DNA of 64,000 nt from Octopus vulgaris (Eukaryota): positions 66,030,001 through 66,094,000 of the forward strand of contig OX597831.1 of the NCBI GenBank assembly GCA_951406725.2, given 5' to 3'. Shown one piece after another: positions 36,667 to 56,280 of the stretch (positions within the stretch are counted from its first letter, which is position 1; each line of letters begins with the position of its first letter). The notes beneath the pieces were generated by a model. It saw only the letters and a program-made list of their open reading frames with translations. It did no database searches and was not told the origin of the DNA. The position numbers and the translations under genes were made by a program.

Positions 36667-39600
36667 TACATGTGTGTGTGTGTGCACGCGTGCATGTGTC
36701 TGTGAAGTGATCTGGCATAATGTTTAGCATCTTTCACTCATGGTGACGGTTTCAATTCTTGAACTAGACAACATGTGTCATTGAGTAAAGTACTTTCATC
36801 GTTACACATAGTTCCCGTCAACTGAAAGAGTACCTGACATGTGCTGCTGTCATTTCCACAACTTGGATATTTTGCTGGGTTGAGGGTGAGTAGGGTTCTG
36901 AGAGGGAGGCTGTTCCTGCTTACATCTCCTGAGCTCTTAAAACTATTAGTGGATGCATGGCACCTGCTACCAAACCATACTTACTAGTGATTGATGGATA
37001 GTTGTATCTATGTGTGTGTATTACAGTTTGTAATATATATGATAGCCGGTGAATAATTGGAATCTCTGCTGATTATCTGTAATATCTCTGGATTTCCTAT
37101 AGGAGTATTAGCAATTTTCTGAATTTAGGATAATACATAAAAAATGTTAATTCTAAGATTAGTATCAACTAATTTCAAGCCTAATTCTTTAAATTATTCA
37201 GATAGATTTTTTTCCTAAACCTATCATCTTGTTTGTTCTTTATGTTCTGTAGTTTTTTTTTTATATTCTGCCATATTTTAAAATTCTTCATCTCTATATA
37301 ATCACACTTTACAAGCTCGAATTTAGTACTTAGTAAGAACAGGCTATAGAGGGTGCAATTAACTTATAAATTTCTTGAGTGGCATTAGATCTCATACTAT
37401 CACTAAAAAAATGAAAGTACATTTTTCGTTACTTAATATCAGAACCATGAAGAAATGTGCTATTGTTGACAAAAACTGGTGGTTTTTGAACAAAAGGATT
37501 AGTGACAGAGAGGTAAAAGCAAATTAATTTTGTGACAGAGAAATAGAACTATGTGAATCTATATTTCTTATCACAAATAATAGTAAACCAATTTAGAACA
37601 GGAATAGTTTTATTCCATAAATGCAAGTTCATTAATAGCATCACTGTTACCAAAAGATTCCAAGGACTGACTGTGAAGTTTTAGTCTCTTTAAATATCAT
37701 CAGTTTAACATTCACTGTTCCATATCTACATGAATAGTACAGCAAGTGTTTACATGTCCATTTTGATATTAGGGGCAACATTGTGCTATCCAATCATCAA
37801 CATTTTCATCAACATTTCCTTCATCACTATATACTGGTGACCTTGACTTTTAGTCAATCTTCTTCCTGACTTTAAATTCACTTGATCAACGTAGGGTTCT
37901 TTTTCATAATGTAATCGATTCATTCCTCAATAAAAATATGCTACTGAAACAGCTGTTGTGAACCTTTAAAATCCATTTGTGTTCTTATTTTATACAAATG
38001 CCATACCTGGAATCATGCCATTTTGGCCTAATAACTTAGTCACTGTTTTCAGTCACATAACATCAGTGACTACACTATAATGGAGACACTTTAATCACTT
38101 TACTTTGATCAGCACAAAATCAGCTCAAATCAGCTAGGAGGTACCAATTATTGCACAGCAATCATCAGTAAACCCAGATATTGCTGCTAGAAGTTACCCC
38201 AGTACTTATCATTGATCAGCTCAATAGCAAAATGACTGTTCTGCAGCAGAACAATAAAAGAGAAAGACTTTTTTTGTAACTAGAAGTTTTCACACTTTAG
38301 AACATTCTACGTTAAACTTCTTTGCCTATCTTCCTAATTTAGTTTCCATCTAAATTACTAAGGCACAGTACCAAAGTGGTAACTCATAGAAATTCTTGAA
38401 ACAATTTTATTTCTTTGCTTTTATTTCAATTCTTACTGTTTTTTGTTGAATATTCTATCATTTTGCTTCTAGATTTGGTGTTTCTTTGCCAAGCAAGCGT
38501 CACATCTCTTGGCACCTTCTGTATAAATTTGGCAGCTTCAACGATGGATAATTTTTTTGAGGAGGCGGGGGCTCCATTAATTTTGTTTCTCTATTTTAAA
38601 TAAAAAAAATATATTTTTACAAAACCTTTGCATTCTTTCACATATTATGGAAGAATCATTTCGTAACAAATGGTTTCTGAATATGTTTTGCATGGTTCCT
38701 ATATAGCGTTCAACTATACTCTTGGTTTTAATAAACCATAAATAATTTTTCTTAAACACTTGTTGGCAAAGTTGTAAAGAATGAAATAAAATGCTTTGCA
38801 GTTAAAGTCTTTGTAGTTAAAGTTCAAACCCACTCAGACTGACTTTGATTTTTGTCCTTTTGGAATTGACAAAAATAAAGTACCATTCAGGTTGCTGATG
38901 TAAATAGAATTCACTGTCCCCTCTTATTACAAATTTGCAGACTTGTGCCTATGAAAACAAAGAGTAAGCTTTTTGTAGTAGTTTATTTTATTAGAAACAT
39001 TTTTAACACTTTCTTCATTTGGAATATATAATCAACCCTTTATATTATTCCTATTAAGGAAGTATTAGACTCACTGAAGATGTAGAGCCCAAACTCTGAT
39101 AACTGAAAGGTCTTCTTCATGATCATTTTTATATCTGCTTTTCATGCTGCCATGGTTGGATGGGTTGTCAGAGTTCAAGTCACTTCCCATTAGCAGTTAT
39201 TGTTCCTAAAGCATAGGTACTTGAACATGTTTCTACAGGTGAATGCCCTTACTAACACCAACCACTTTACAGAGTGTACTGGGTTCATCTTTTTCATGGC
39301 ATCAACATTAAAAATGTTGAATCCTCTGTGAGACAGAACTAGAAGGGCCTCATTTCTTCATACTTACATTTGCTCATTTGTAGTGTGAACAGTAGTAGGT
39401 ATGTGTTGGGGGTGGGGTGGGAGCTTGTGCTCTGTAAATGTAAATTTGGCTAGGGAACAATGACAACAGGAAGTTCAGAAATAGATATCTGAGATGGGGT
39501 CAGGGGTGGAAATATAGCTGCTGAAAGTACTTATAAATTGGAGCATGTTAATGACCAAGTAAGGGAATTGGAGACAAAGAAGAGAAAAGTGGTCATAAAT

Positions 39601-40254
39601 TAGGCTAGCACTCTAGTGGATACCTAAATTCACATTTATGTTTTTAATGGCTTGTATTTAATTAATGGTTTGTCTTTAATTAAGCAATTAATATTTTATG
39701 CACAAATATGTTCTGAGTTCAAATTCCGCCAAAGTTGACTTTGCCTTTCATCCTTTTGGGGTCGATAAGTTATGTACTAGTTGCATACTGAGGTCGATCT
39801 AATTGACTGGCCCACTCCCCCAAAATTTCAGTTCTTGTGCCTAGAGTAGAAAAGAATATTTTATGCACAATACAGTATGAATCAGAAGACTTACTTACTT
39901 TTTTTTTCTGCTCATTAAAAACATAGAAGGAATGTGTCTTCTTTCATCATTAGTTAGGGAAAGCTTACTTCTGTTCCTCGGAATGCACTTTTCTCCTGCA
40001 TCTTAGTTCATTCGGGCACACTCCCAAGCAATCCATGCAATCCATGTGTGTGTATGTTTAAAAAGAACATTAATGACATCAGTTTCACCAGTTTTGGTGG
40101 CAATGCCTCTTCCCCCAGGCTCAGGTCCAGTCAGATATAGGGGCATGTGCCATTGCCGTATGTTGCTTCATCCACTACAGTCTGTATTTGCTCAAGTCAT
40201 CCCACTCAGTCCGCATCGCTACCACAAAAAAAAAAAATCACCAAAAAAAATCTT

Positions 40255-40426
40255 AGGCGTAGGAGTGGCTGTGTGGTAAGTAGCTTGTTTACCAACCACA
40301 TGGTCCCAGGTTCAGTCCCACTGTGTGGCACCTTGGGCAAGTGTCTTCTACTATAGCCTTGGGCCAACCAAAGCCTTGTGAGTGGATTTGGTAGACGGAA
40401 ACTGAAAGAAGCCCGTTGTATATATG

Positions 40427-40470
<44 letters not shown>

Positions 40471-40680
40471 TGTGTTTGTCCCCCCCAACATCGCTTGACA
40501 ACTGATGCTGGTGTGTTTACGTCCCCGTAACTTAGTGGTTCGGCAAAAGAGACCGATTGAATAAGTACTAGGCTTACAAAGAATAAGTCCTGGGGATCGA
40601 TTTGCTCGACTAAAGGCGGTGCTCCAGCATGGCCACTGTCAAATGACTGAAACAAGTAAAAGAGTAAAAAGAGTAAGTAA
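40255..40680 (+). mobile_element. SINE family A
   Basis: Colinear with the other family A copies. Confidence 0.88.
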
Positions 40681-40856
40681 AAAAAGAGAAAAAAATTCAG
40701 CAGATTTCTATTGCATAAATTTTAAGTGAACCATCATGACACTGGTAAGAAAATAAACAGAGAAAGGAGAAAAAGTAAAGAAGATGAGGGAAGAAAGGTG
40801 AAACAAAGTAAATTGTGAACAGACAATAGAATAAATCTAAGAGGTTCAATTATTTT

Positions 40857-42357
40857 CTTTAGCATTCAAACCGGCCATATCTGTCCAAAATATTTAACCT
40901 GTTTTACGAGGGGCGTTCAATAAGTAATGCCTCTGACCCACTTGCAGTTGTTTGATCTAGCTGAAATTTTGCATGTGCAATTATTTATATCTCTATAGAT
41001 TAAGTGGCAAATTACAGCTCTGAACTAATTGTGGTTTCTGATTTACAGGTGTTTGAACTGAGTGAAGTGTGAAACGGAGCCTGTTGAGTGTCGAGCAGTG
41101 ATGCGGTTTTTGTATTTGAAAGGACGCACACCACGGGAGACTTTTGATGAAATAAAAGTAACTTATGGTGATGATGCCCCATCATATGACCTTGTAAAAC
41201 GCTGGCATCATGAATTCAAACATGGTTGGAACTTTGTGGAAACAGCTCCCAAATCTGGTCGCCCCCTTCTGCCATTGATGAGGCATCTGTTCGTCAAGTT
41301 GAGGCTGCCATTTTGGAAGATCGACGCATAACTATTCGCCAAATAGCCCATGAGGTCAAGATTAGTACCGGGTCTGTGGAAACTATCATTCATGACCATT
41401 TGCATATGCAAAAGGTGTCTGCCAGATGGATTCCCAGGTTGCTCACACCTTTCCAGAAGCAAGAACGCGTCGATTGCGTGAGGATGAATTTGAAGATGTG
41501 CCAAGAAGATGAGTCAAAATTTTTCAAAAGACTGATTACACAGGATGAAACCTGGGTCCATCACGATGATCCAGAGACCAAAGCCCAGTCAATGCAGTGG
41601 AAGCACCGTGACTCACCCCCTTTAAAGAAGGCAAGGGTGCAGCCCTCCGCTGGCAAGGTCATGCTCACAGTCTTCTGGGACCAGGACGGAGTAGTGATGA
41701 CAGATTTCCTGGCAAAGGGTGCCACAATTACAGGAGGCTATTATGCTTCACTTTTGAGGAAATTAAGAGAAGCTATCAAAATCAAGAGGCGGGGCAAGAT
41801 CAGCAAAGGCATCCTCCTCCTGCAGGACAACGCTCCGGTCCACAACTCGTGTGTCGCCAGATCAGAAGCACAGGCGTGCGGCTATGAACTCATCCCCCAT
41901 CTCCTGACCTGCACCCTCTGATTTTCACCTCTTCCCAGCCATGAAGTTGTTTTTGAAAGGAAAGCGTTTCCCAGATGATGCAGCCTTGATTTCTGAAGTC
42001 ACGTCGTGGTTGGAGGACCAAGCTGGGGTCTTCTACAAAAACGGTCTTCAGAGCTGCATCAAACAATGGGAGAAATACGTAACTCTGGGTGGTTCCTATG
42101 TAGAAAAAGACTAATAACTATGTCAAGTTTCGTTGCTCTACTACTATGGGAAGTGGGTCAGGGGCATTACTTATTGAACGCCCCTCGTATATTGAAACTG
42201 ACCAGATCTCGCCTCTCACCTCAGCCCTACCATGTCATTCTAAAACTAAAAAATCACATCACTGAAATCTCTAAACTACAAAATAATACATGATTAATTC
42301 AAACCATTTTAAATAAACAAACATCACATTTAACAGAATAATCTGAACACTAAAGGG
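40857..42357. mobile_element. piggyBac-like MITE interrupted by the mariner
   Basis: The flanks join into a sequence similar to 44458-44949 and end CTAAAGGG|TTAA. Confidence 0.6.
40907..42187 (+). mobile_element. Full-length (1281 bp) mariner transposon, irritans-like, transposase frameshifted
   Basis: About 37-bp TIRs CGAGGGGCGTTCAATAAGTAATGCC.CTGACCCACTT; TA TSD; WIPRLL, TQDETW, LQDNAPVH and a broken PDL.PSDFHLF motif. Confidence 0.95.
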
Positions 42358-43340
42358 TTAATGATGGCCAGTGTAAAGAGGATTTGTTTAATCAACACAT
42401 TCAACAGACCTGTATGCCTGTAAGTTCAAGAAGGTGAAAAAAACGGTTAGGCTTCTAACTAAATTTCAGACAGTTACAGTGAAACTGTCGTAATGGCCAT
42501 ATCATAGTGGGGCAATGGAAATGTTGAGAGTTCGAAAATAAATGGAAACTGAATTTAACTCTTGTGTTTTTAGATAGCTAAAATAGCTTTTAGTTCTTTC
42601 ATTGCTTTGCTTTAGATTGCACCACGAGATAATCTACAACTCTGAAACACACACACACATGCAAACACACACACATGCACACACACACACACACACACAA
42701 TTGCACACGCGTGCACGTGCACACACACACACACACACTTACACACACACACACATGCACACACATGCACACAAACACACACACACATGCACACACACAC
42801 ACATATATATACACACATACATATATCATCATCATCATCATCATCATAATTTAATATCTGTTTTCCATGCTGGCATGGGTTGACGATTTGACAGGAGTTG
42901 GCAAAACCAGAAGCTACACCAGATTCCATTGTCTGTTTTGGCATAGTTTCTATAACTGCATTAATAGTACAAACACATGGAAAAAAACAACAAAAAAACA
43001 TACACTAAGAAGAACAAAAAAATGAAATCAGATATGAACTAGTAAAATGTACAGAACAGGGCCAAAACAGAAAAAGCTTTTGGTGGAGAAAAGCAAAAAC
43101 AAAGAAGTAGGAATATCTTTCCATAAGAACTTACATGGAAACAAAAAAAAAAAATGGAAAAGCAATGTATAAAATGTGATATAAACAAACTGGTATACCC
43201 ACTTCATCAGACATCAGCTAAACATTCTATGTAGTTTCAAACTCCTCCTGACATGACTACCATGTTTAGATGTATTCAGCTCTGCTTCAAAACTAATAGG
43301 GATAAATAATACAGAGGAAAATAAAGAAGTGGCTGTGTGG

Positions 43341-48714
<5,374 letters not shown>

Positions 48715-49197
48715 TAAGTGCTGGGCTTACAAAGAATAAGCCCCGGGGTCTATTTGCTCGACTAAAGGCGGTGCTCCAGCATGGCCGCAGTCAAATGACT
48801 GAAACAAGTAAAATTAAAAGTAAGTAAATAAGTTTCCATGCGCATTTGTTCCAAATGAACATTAGTGAGATATGTGGTTTGGAGAGTTTTATTCTCCTTT
48901 CAAGCAAACAGGTACATATCATACCCTTACTTTTAAGATATATATATATATATATAGTTAAGTAAGAGACAGGTAAAATACCTGTAGAATGCTGTGGAAA
49001 TGCTCCTGTTGAGTTTATATAAATAGATAAACGATAAAAAATGGAATGAGTGACATTCTTTATTTAAAAGCATTTCAATTGTTTCAACACATTTTTACAC
49101 CTGTTAAATCCTACTGTTCTTTCACTCAGTGTGAGAATGAGATAACAATAGATTCTAATGAAGGACTTATTCAAACAATCAGCTAAGGAGGCAACCC

Positions 49198-49510
49198 ATC
49201 TAACACCCGTGGACATATTTACAAATTAAGAAAACAGCACAGCTCCCATGACTTCAGGAAACATTTTTTCACGCTGAGAGTTGCTGAAGCGTGGAACAAA
49301 CTGCCGACATCGGTTGTTAGTTGTCGGAGCACTGCTTCCTTCAAGACTTCCATGCTTCCTGAGATTCGCCAACACTACACTTGATTTTCTTCCCTCCATA
49401 CACCCAGACATTTCTACACTACTGCATGTACTTTATATGCACTTTCTGACAAGTTGTGGTGCACCTGAGCACTGTATACAATAATTTCATTATTATTATT
49501 ATTATTATTA
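49198..49510 (+). mobile_element. CR1-clade LINE 3' end with (ATT)n tail
   Basis: TRGHIYKL...RKHFFTLRVAEAWNKLPTSVV...SFK. Confidence 0.85.
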
Positions 49511-49695
49511 TATTTTTCACTTTGGATGTATGATAATGATTACACAGCATCTCACTGAAGTGCTACAGGTGTAAAAAAAAATTGTAGTGATTTTAAATAA
49601 AGACTGTCATTAATTCCATTTTCTGTCATTTATGTATGTATGTATGTATGTATGTATGTATGTATGTATGTATGTATGTATGTATGTATGTATGT

Positions 49696-50011
49696 GAGTC
49701 ATCTTCGTAGTCATAAAACGAGACAGATGAGTGACAACCTGGCCACTGGTGGTGGTGTAACACACCATAATAATCATATCTGTCGGGCATATGGAAGAGA
49801 GTTTAATTTGGCAGGAGGACTTAAACGACATGCAAAGGTACATGAAGCCCAGTTACAACTACAGCCGGTTATTACCGGTAAAGGTTTTAGTTGCTAATTC
49901 TGTACAAGACACTGTAGATCTTTAGCTGGGCTAAAAAGTCACGTTCAATCACAGCACCAGTAACAGTTAAGCTTCATGCAATGGCCATACTCGATAACGA
50001 GGGGGCAGCCA
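49696..50011 (+). mobile_element. RTE/BovB-like LINE 3' end with C2H2 zinc fingers, in (TATG)n
   Basis: SHLRSH..HICRAYGREFNLAGGLKRHAKVH..FSC*FCTRHCRSLAGLKSHVQSQH*, then a short hairpin UTR and (TATG)n on both sides. Confidence 0.7.
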
Positions 50012-50632
50012 TATGTATGTATGTATGTATGTATGTATCTATATATGTATGTACGTATGTATGTACATACGTATATATGTATGTATGTATGTATCTATAT
50101 ATGTATGTACGTACGTATGTATGTATGTCTATATGCAATGGGTTTCTTTCACTTTCCTTCTAGCAAATCCTCTCACAAGGTTTTGGCTAGCCTAGGGCTA
50201 TAGTAAAAGACACTTGCTCAGGGTTGGAGTTTTTATTATTGGCTGCAGCAAGCTAACAGAATCTTTAGCATTCCAGGTGAAATGCTTACCAGTATTTTGT
50301 CTGCCGCTACGTTCTGAATTCAGATTCTGCCGAGATCGACTTTACCTTTCGTCCTTTCGGGGTCAATAAAATAAGTACCAGTTTTCCTCGTTGAAAAACT
50401 TGAAACCATTATTATTATTACTGGGAAGGTGGGAAGTTGGTAACATTGTTAGTATGATGGGCAACATGCTTAACAGCATTTCTTCTGTTTCTTTATGCTC
50501 TGAGTTCAAATTCCTTTGAGATCAGCTTTGTCTTTTATCCTTTCAGGGTTGATAAAATAAATACCAGTTGTGCAGGGGGGCACTTGGGGGGATGAATGTA
50601 GTGAACCTACCTGCTCTATAAAATAGCTGACC

Positions 50633-51030
50633 TTACTCTTTTACTCTTTTACTTGTTTCAGTCATTTGACTGCGGCCATGCTGGAGCACCGCCTTTAATC
50701 GAGCAAATCGACCCTGGGACTTATTCATTTTGTAAGCCCAGTACTTATTCTATCGGTCTCTTTTGCTGAACCGCTAAGTGACAGGGACGTAAACACACCA
50801 GCATCAGTTGTCAAGCAATGATAGGGGGACAAACACAGACACACAAACACACACACACAGATATATATATATACATATATACGACGGGCTTCTTTCAGTT
50901 TCCATCTACCAAATCCACTCACAAGGCATTGGTCGGCCCAGGGCTATAGTAGAAGACACTTGCCCAAGGTGCCATGCAGTGCCATGTGGTTGGTTAGCAA
51001 GCTACTTACCACACAGCCACTCCTGCGCCT
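50633..51030 (-). mobile_element. SINE family A
   Basis: Reverse copy with a small deletion in the head. Confidence 0.88.
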
Positions 51031-51107
51031 AATTTATTGTGCCAAAATTTATTTTATTGACTCTCTGGATTCAATACAGGTATCAGTCAAGTCCTGCATT
51101 GATTTAA

Positions 51108-51328
51108 CCCTTTCATTACTGTATTTATTTTGAGATGCTCTGTGTTTCTTTCAATTACTTTACGTATAACAAAGAATTTAGTAAAAGATCTTAGTTATCA
51201 TTAAGCTTATGTTAGGAACATAAATTGTGACTAAGGTTTGGTGGAAGATTTTAATTCAACACTTATGAAAACAAGACATTTGTACTACAGAGCCAGAGCC
51301 GGTTTCAGCCGGGTTGGTAACGAAAGGG
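51108..51328. mobile_element. piggyBac-like MITE (221 bp)
   Basis: TTAA|CCCTTTCATTAC ... GTAACGAAAGGG|TTAA. Confidence 0.85.
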
Positions 51329-52559
51329 TTAACCAACTAAATCACTACCCTTGAAACTGCAGGCCTTGTACACAAATTAAAAATAATTATTAGTATTATT
51401 GGTGGATTGGTACAAAAGTTAGTGTCAGAAAAATTGCATTGATTTATTTGCTTTTGACTCTTTACTTTCCGAGTTCAAATTCCACTGATGTCAACTTTTC
51501 CCTTTCATCATTTTGAAGTTAATAAAATAAGTACCTGTCAAATACCAGGATTGATAAAATAAAGTACTAATCTACCATTGGGACCAAATAAAGTATTAGT
51601 CAAATATTAGGATTGATATACTCACCTAAACCCTCCCACCAAATCCATGACCTCATGCCTCTATTAGAACTTTTATTATTGAGGTTGACTTGTTCTAATG
51701 AACATGAATGGATTTTGAGAATTCTGAATGTATTTCAAATGTAACTGAAAAAAATAATATTCATTCTGGATTCTATTTTGTACACAGATTTTTTATTTCA
51801 ATTATTTATAAGTCTGATCCATACCAGGGTAAAACAACATGGTGGTTTTTCTTTCAACTAATTCCAATTGCTTTCAATGTGTAATTTTATATCAATAATA
51901 GCCTCTTGTTTTATGGGAACCACTGTTCAATATGACAATGAACAGAGTGAGAGAGTTGCTGTACAAAAAAAAAAGAAAAAAAAAAGCAAATGCAAAAATG
52001 AATACTACGCACAGAGACTTTCTAATTGCAGGAAATGAATAAATAAAACGAAAATTGATGCTGTTGAAAATCGAAAACAATAACATTTTAAGCAAAACAT
52101 TTGACAGCAACAGTAACATCATTCACACATGCACACCTCATCAATTGTGTTTTGAATGCAAGTTAGACCCATCATTTGCAAGCATGCGTTTAAACAAAGG
52201 GACTCATGCTATGAAACATTCACAAAGAGAACAAAAACACTGAAACACTATGAAATGGGTGCATCTTTATTGTTGATTAACAACCAAATTTTAAGTAATA
52301 TTCTTTTGTAGAAGACAAGTTGTATACAAACTGAATTAGAGAGGTAAATGAAGCATTTAAAATTGAGAAATTTATCGGTTCTGACAAAATTGTGGCCAGA
52401 TATCTGGTGTCTCACCATATGACACCAACCACCTCACTACATTGTCTATTTGATTCATACTTTGTTGCTTATTTCAAATTCTGTAAGAGATTGCCTTCTA
52501 TGAGAAGGATTTTGGATCCGGTCTCTCAAACTGAAGGAAATGGGGCCGATGTTTGTGTC

Positions 52560-52930
52560 ATGTAACTAGCACCTGTACGAGTGGCACATAAAAAGCACCT
52601 TTCAAGTGTTGGGCCGTGTGGGGCAATGACGAATGACTGAGACCTTTGGCAATAGGCTGTGCTTGAGAAGAAGACCCATCAAACCAACTGAAATCAAAGT
52701 CATGGTAGACTCTGGTGTCAGACAACAGGCACCCATGCTTGTAGTATGCAAAAGTGCCCATTACACTCTTGGAGGGGTTGACGTTAGGAAGGACATCCAG
52801 CTGTAGAAACCATGCCAAATCAGACTGGAATTTGGTGCAGCCCCTCACCTTACCAGTCCTGGTCAAACCGTCAAACCAATGCCAGCATATACAATGGAGT
52901 TTAAATGATAATGAGGATGATGATGATCAT
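52560..52930 (+). mobile_element. Diverged RTE 3' UTR/end
   Basis: GGCACATAAAAAGCACC unit, AGGAAGGACATCCAGCTGTAGAAAC, (GAT)n tail. Confidence 0.75.
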
Positions 52931-53979
52931 CATCATCATCAGCAGCAGCAGCCAGAAATTCAATATTTTCTTGTGAATTTTCTATATTTAGATACATTTC
53001 TGATTTGATTTCACTTGGTCCTTTTTCTCATAATATTTTGATTAATCAATAAGAACAGGCTAATGATCTCGTCCATTGCCTAGTTTAACATTACCACCCA
53101 AAATTCAGTATCTTTAGGGGGATCCATTGCATTACAATCATTTGAACATGATCCCCAGTCTTAGAATATCTTGATATATTGAATCCTGCCTTCGCAAAAT
53201 ATCCCTGTTTTCTTAGAATTTACATATGGAAGTGGTCCTCCAGCAGAGGCTGGTAGCCAGTCAGGGCTGAAGACTAACCTTAGGATAATATGCTAGTTAA
53301 TGGCTAGCCTACCTGCAATCACTGTCCTACTTGCAGAGACTAAATTAATGGTTAGCAGCAACCCATGAGTAATGATTTCCTTTTCACATTAATATCAGAA
53401 GTCTTGTTAAGGTCACAAGTACTACCCTTTATTTTTTTCACTAAGCCATAAAAATAGATGTTATGTGAGAAGCTGGTGCTTTTGTAAAACCACAATTGTC
53501 ATGTTCTGTCTATTGTCTGTTGAAGACAGGATTTGCTTTTCAGAATTAATAGGGCTTCTATAAACATCCTGTGTAGCATGTATGTGATTTTTATTACAGG
53601 GAGTTAATGTGAATTTATTGTGATTTGCTACCTAAATTTTTTTATGTATTGTAGAAAAATGTTACTCATTACCTAAAAGAATATATATGTTAATAGCATC
53701 AATGTATACTAATGTTGCCTTTGTTTTACTACTTATGACCTAGAAAACAGTTTCAAAGTTGAAATTCAATATCAGAGAATCACTGAGGATAAATGAAACC
53801 TCAATCAATAAACACTCTTCAAGGACTATTGAAGAAAACACATTGAATGTAATGAATAGAAATAGTTTTATGCATTAACTGTCTATAGCAATACAAAATA
53901 TGTGTAAACATGTGCTCTCCCTCATTCTGATTTTTTTTTTTTTTCCATAGTTGTGTGCATATGTTCGTGTGATGTGTTT

Positions 53980-53984
<5 letters not shown>

Positions 53985-54066
<82 letters not shown>
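53985..54066. repeat. (TG)n microsatellite
   Basis: Read directly. Confidence 0.95.
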
Positions 54067-54067
<1 letters not shown>

Positions 54068-54162
54068 AATGTGTGTGGGGTGTGAAGTAGCCAACTAAAT
54101 ATCTGCTCAAAGTAAAAAGCACTCAACTACTTTTCCTAGTCACAAGACAGGCAACGATTGCT

Positions 54163-54574
54163 GGATCTTTTTGGTTTGAATGGCAGTTTTTAACATAATT
54201 TCTAGGTAACTAAAAAATTTTAAACTTCATATACTGGTAGAATGTGTTTATAAAACATCTTTTTCTCTTGGCTTTATTGAGAAAATTCTATAGTTTGTAA
54301 GATATTTGTTGGTTTTTTTCTTCAATTTCTGCAATTTCAACCAATCAATGACGTCTATTGAGGTAAAAAACATTCCCTGCCGTATGAATATTCCCTCGTT
54401 TAAGAAACAGATTGGGTTTAATTTACATTTGTGAAAAAAAAAAAGATACCCTTCCCCCTACTCCTAACCCTAAAACAGATCGAAATGCAATAGATCGATA
54501 CTAGGGTCATAATTATGGGTGACAATTTCATATGACACCGCTAGAAAAAAATGCCGTTCAAACCGAAAAGATCC
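54163..54574 (-). mobile_element. Merlin-like MITE, reverse copy
   Basis: Both TIRs present; no TSD recognisable. Confidence 0.82.
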
Positions 54575-55121
54575 ACAAGCTCTATACTTTTGGTAGCAAT
54601 TATTTGTCCGTGATTGCCATACAGTTCATTTGTTACTTCTACTTCTGACTTGTTTCATAACAGCAATCTTTGTAAACATGTATGACAAGAGAAAGGTTAT
54701 TACACAAAGATCATTTTGTATTCAATATCATAAACAGTTACAAAAATAGAACACAATGTTCAATTGTTAATAATGGAATGTAGTTATATGCCATCTTTCA
54801 CTCTCAGGTAAATTGGATGTCTTCTCTTAACACCATTCTGATGAAACTGTTTGCTGTTAAAGCTCATGAGCTAACAGTATTTAGTTAGGACACTTTATAT
54901 TCTGAGTCGAAATCATGCCACAGTCACTTTTGCCTTTCTTATTTTCAGAGTTGAAAAATAAAGTACCAGTGGGGGCCAGTGGTACTGATTAAACCTATCT
55001 CCTCAAAATTGTTGGTGCTATTTTGTCATAAGGAATAATCATTTATAGAAAATAATTATATTTCATTTTTACCCTGATACAGTTGTAGCATATATTTTGA
55101 GTGGAATTTGATAAAGTGAGG

Positions 55122-55210
<89 letters not shown>

Positions 55211-55283
55211 CCTACCTACCTACCTACCTACCTACCTACCTTCCTACCCACCCACCCACACACTCATCCATCCATCCATCCAT

Positions 55284-55328
<45 letters not shown>

Positions 55329-55340
55329 ATAGATAGATAT

Positions 55341-55716
55341 TCTTTTATTCCTTTACTTGTTTCAGTCATTTGACTGCAGCCATGCTTGAGCACTGCTTTT
55401 AGTCGAGCAAATCAACCCCAGGACTTATTCTTTGTAAGCCTAGTACTTATTCTATCAGTCTCTTATGCTGAACTGCTAAGTTACAGGGATGTAAGCACAC
55501 CAACATCGGTTGTCAAGCAATGGTGGGGGAGGGACAAACACACACACAAATATATATACACCAAGCTTCTTTCAGTTTCTGTCTACCAAATCCACTCACA
55601 AGGCTTTGGTCAATCCGAGGCTACAGTAGAAGACATTTGCCCAAGGTGCCACACAGTGGCTCTCAACCCGGTACTATGTGGTTGGGAAGCAAGCTTCTTA
55701 CCACACAGCCACACCT
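55341..55716 (-). mobile_element. SINE family A (older copy)
   Basis: Reverse copy, head-to-head with the next copy. Confidence 0.85.
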
Positions 55717-55738
55717 GTTTTCTTACAAAATGGCCCAT

Positions 55739-56147
55739 AGGCGCAGGAGTGGCTGTGTGGTAAGTAGCTTGCTAACCAACCACATGGTTCTGGGTTCAGT
55801 CCCACTGCGTGGCACCTTGGGCAAGTGTCTTCTGCTATAGCCCCGGGCCGACCAATGCCTTGTGAGTGGATTTGGTAGACGGAAACTGAAAGAAGCCTGT
55901 CGTATATATGTATATGTATATATATGCCTGTGTGTGTTTGTGTGTCTGTGTTTGTCCCCCTAGCATTGCTTGACAATCGATGCTGATGTGTTTATGTCCT
56001 CGTCACCTAGTGGTTCGGCAAAAGAGACCGATTGAATAAGTACTGGGCTTACAAAGAATAAGTCCCGGGGTCGATTTGCTCGACTAAAGGCGGTGCTCCA
56101 GCATGGCCGCAGTCAAATGACTGAAACAAGTAAAAGAGTAAAAGAGT
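55739..56147 (+). mobile_element. SINE family A
   Basis: Full-length copy. Confidence 0.9.
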
Positions 56148-56228
56148 ATATATATTTCAGCTATTATTTTATTAGAGCAAAGTAGCCAGTCTTACAAAGC
56201 AAATACTAACATGTGTGTGAGTGGGTGC

Positions 56229-56280
<52 letters not shown>

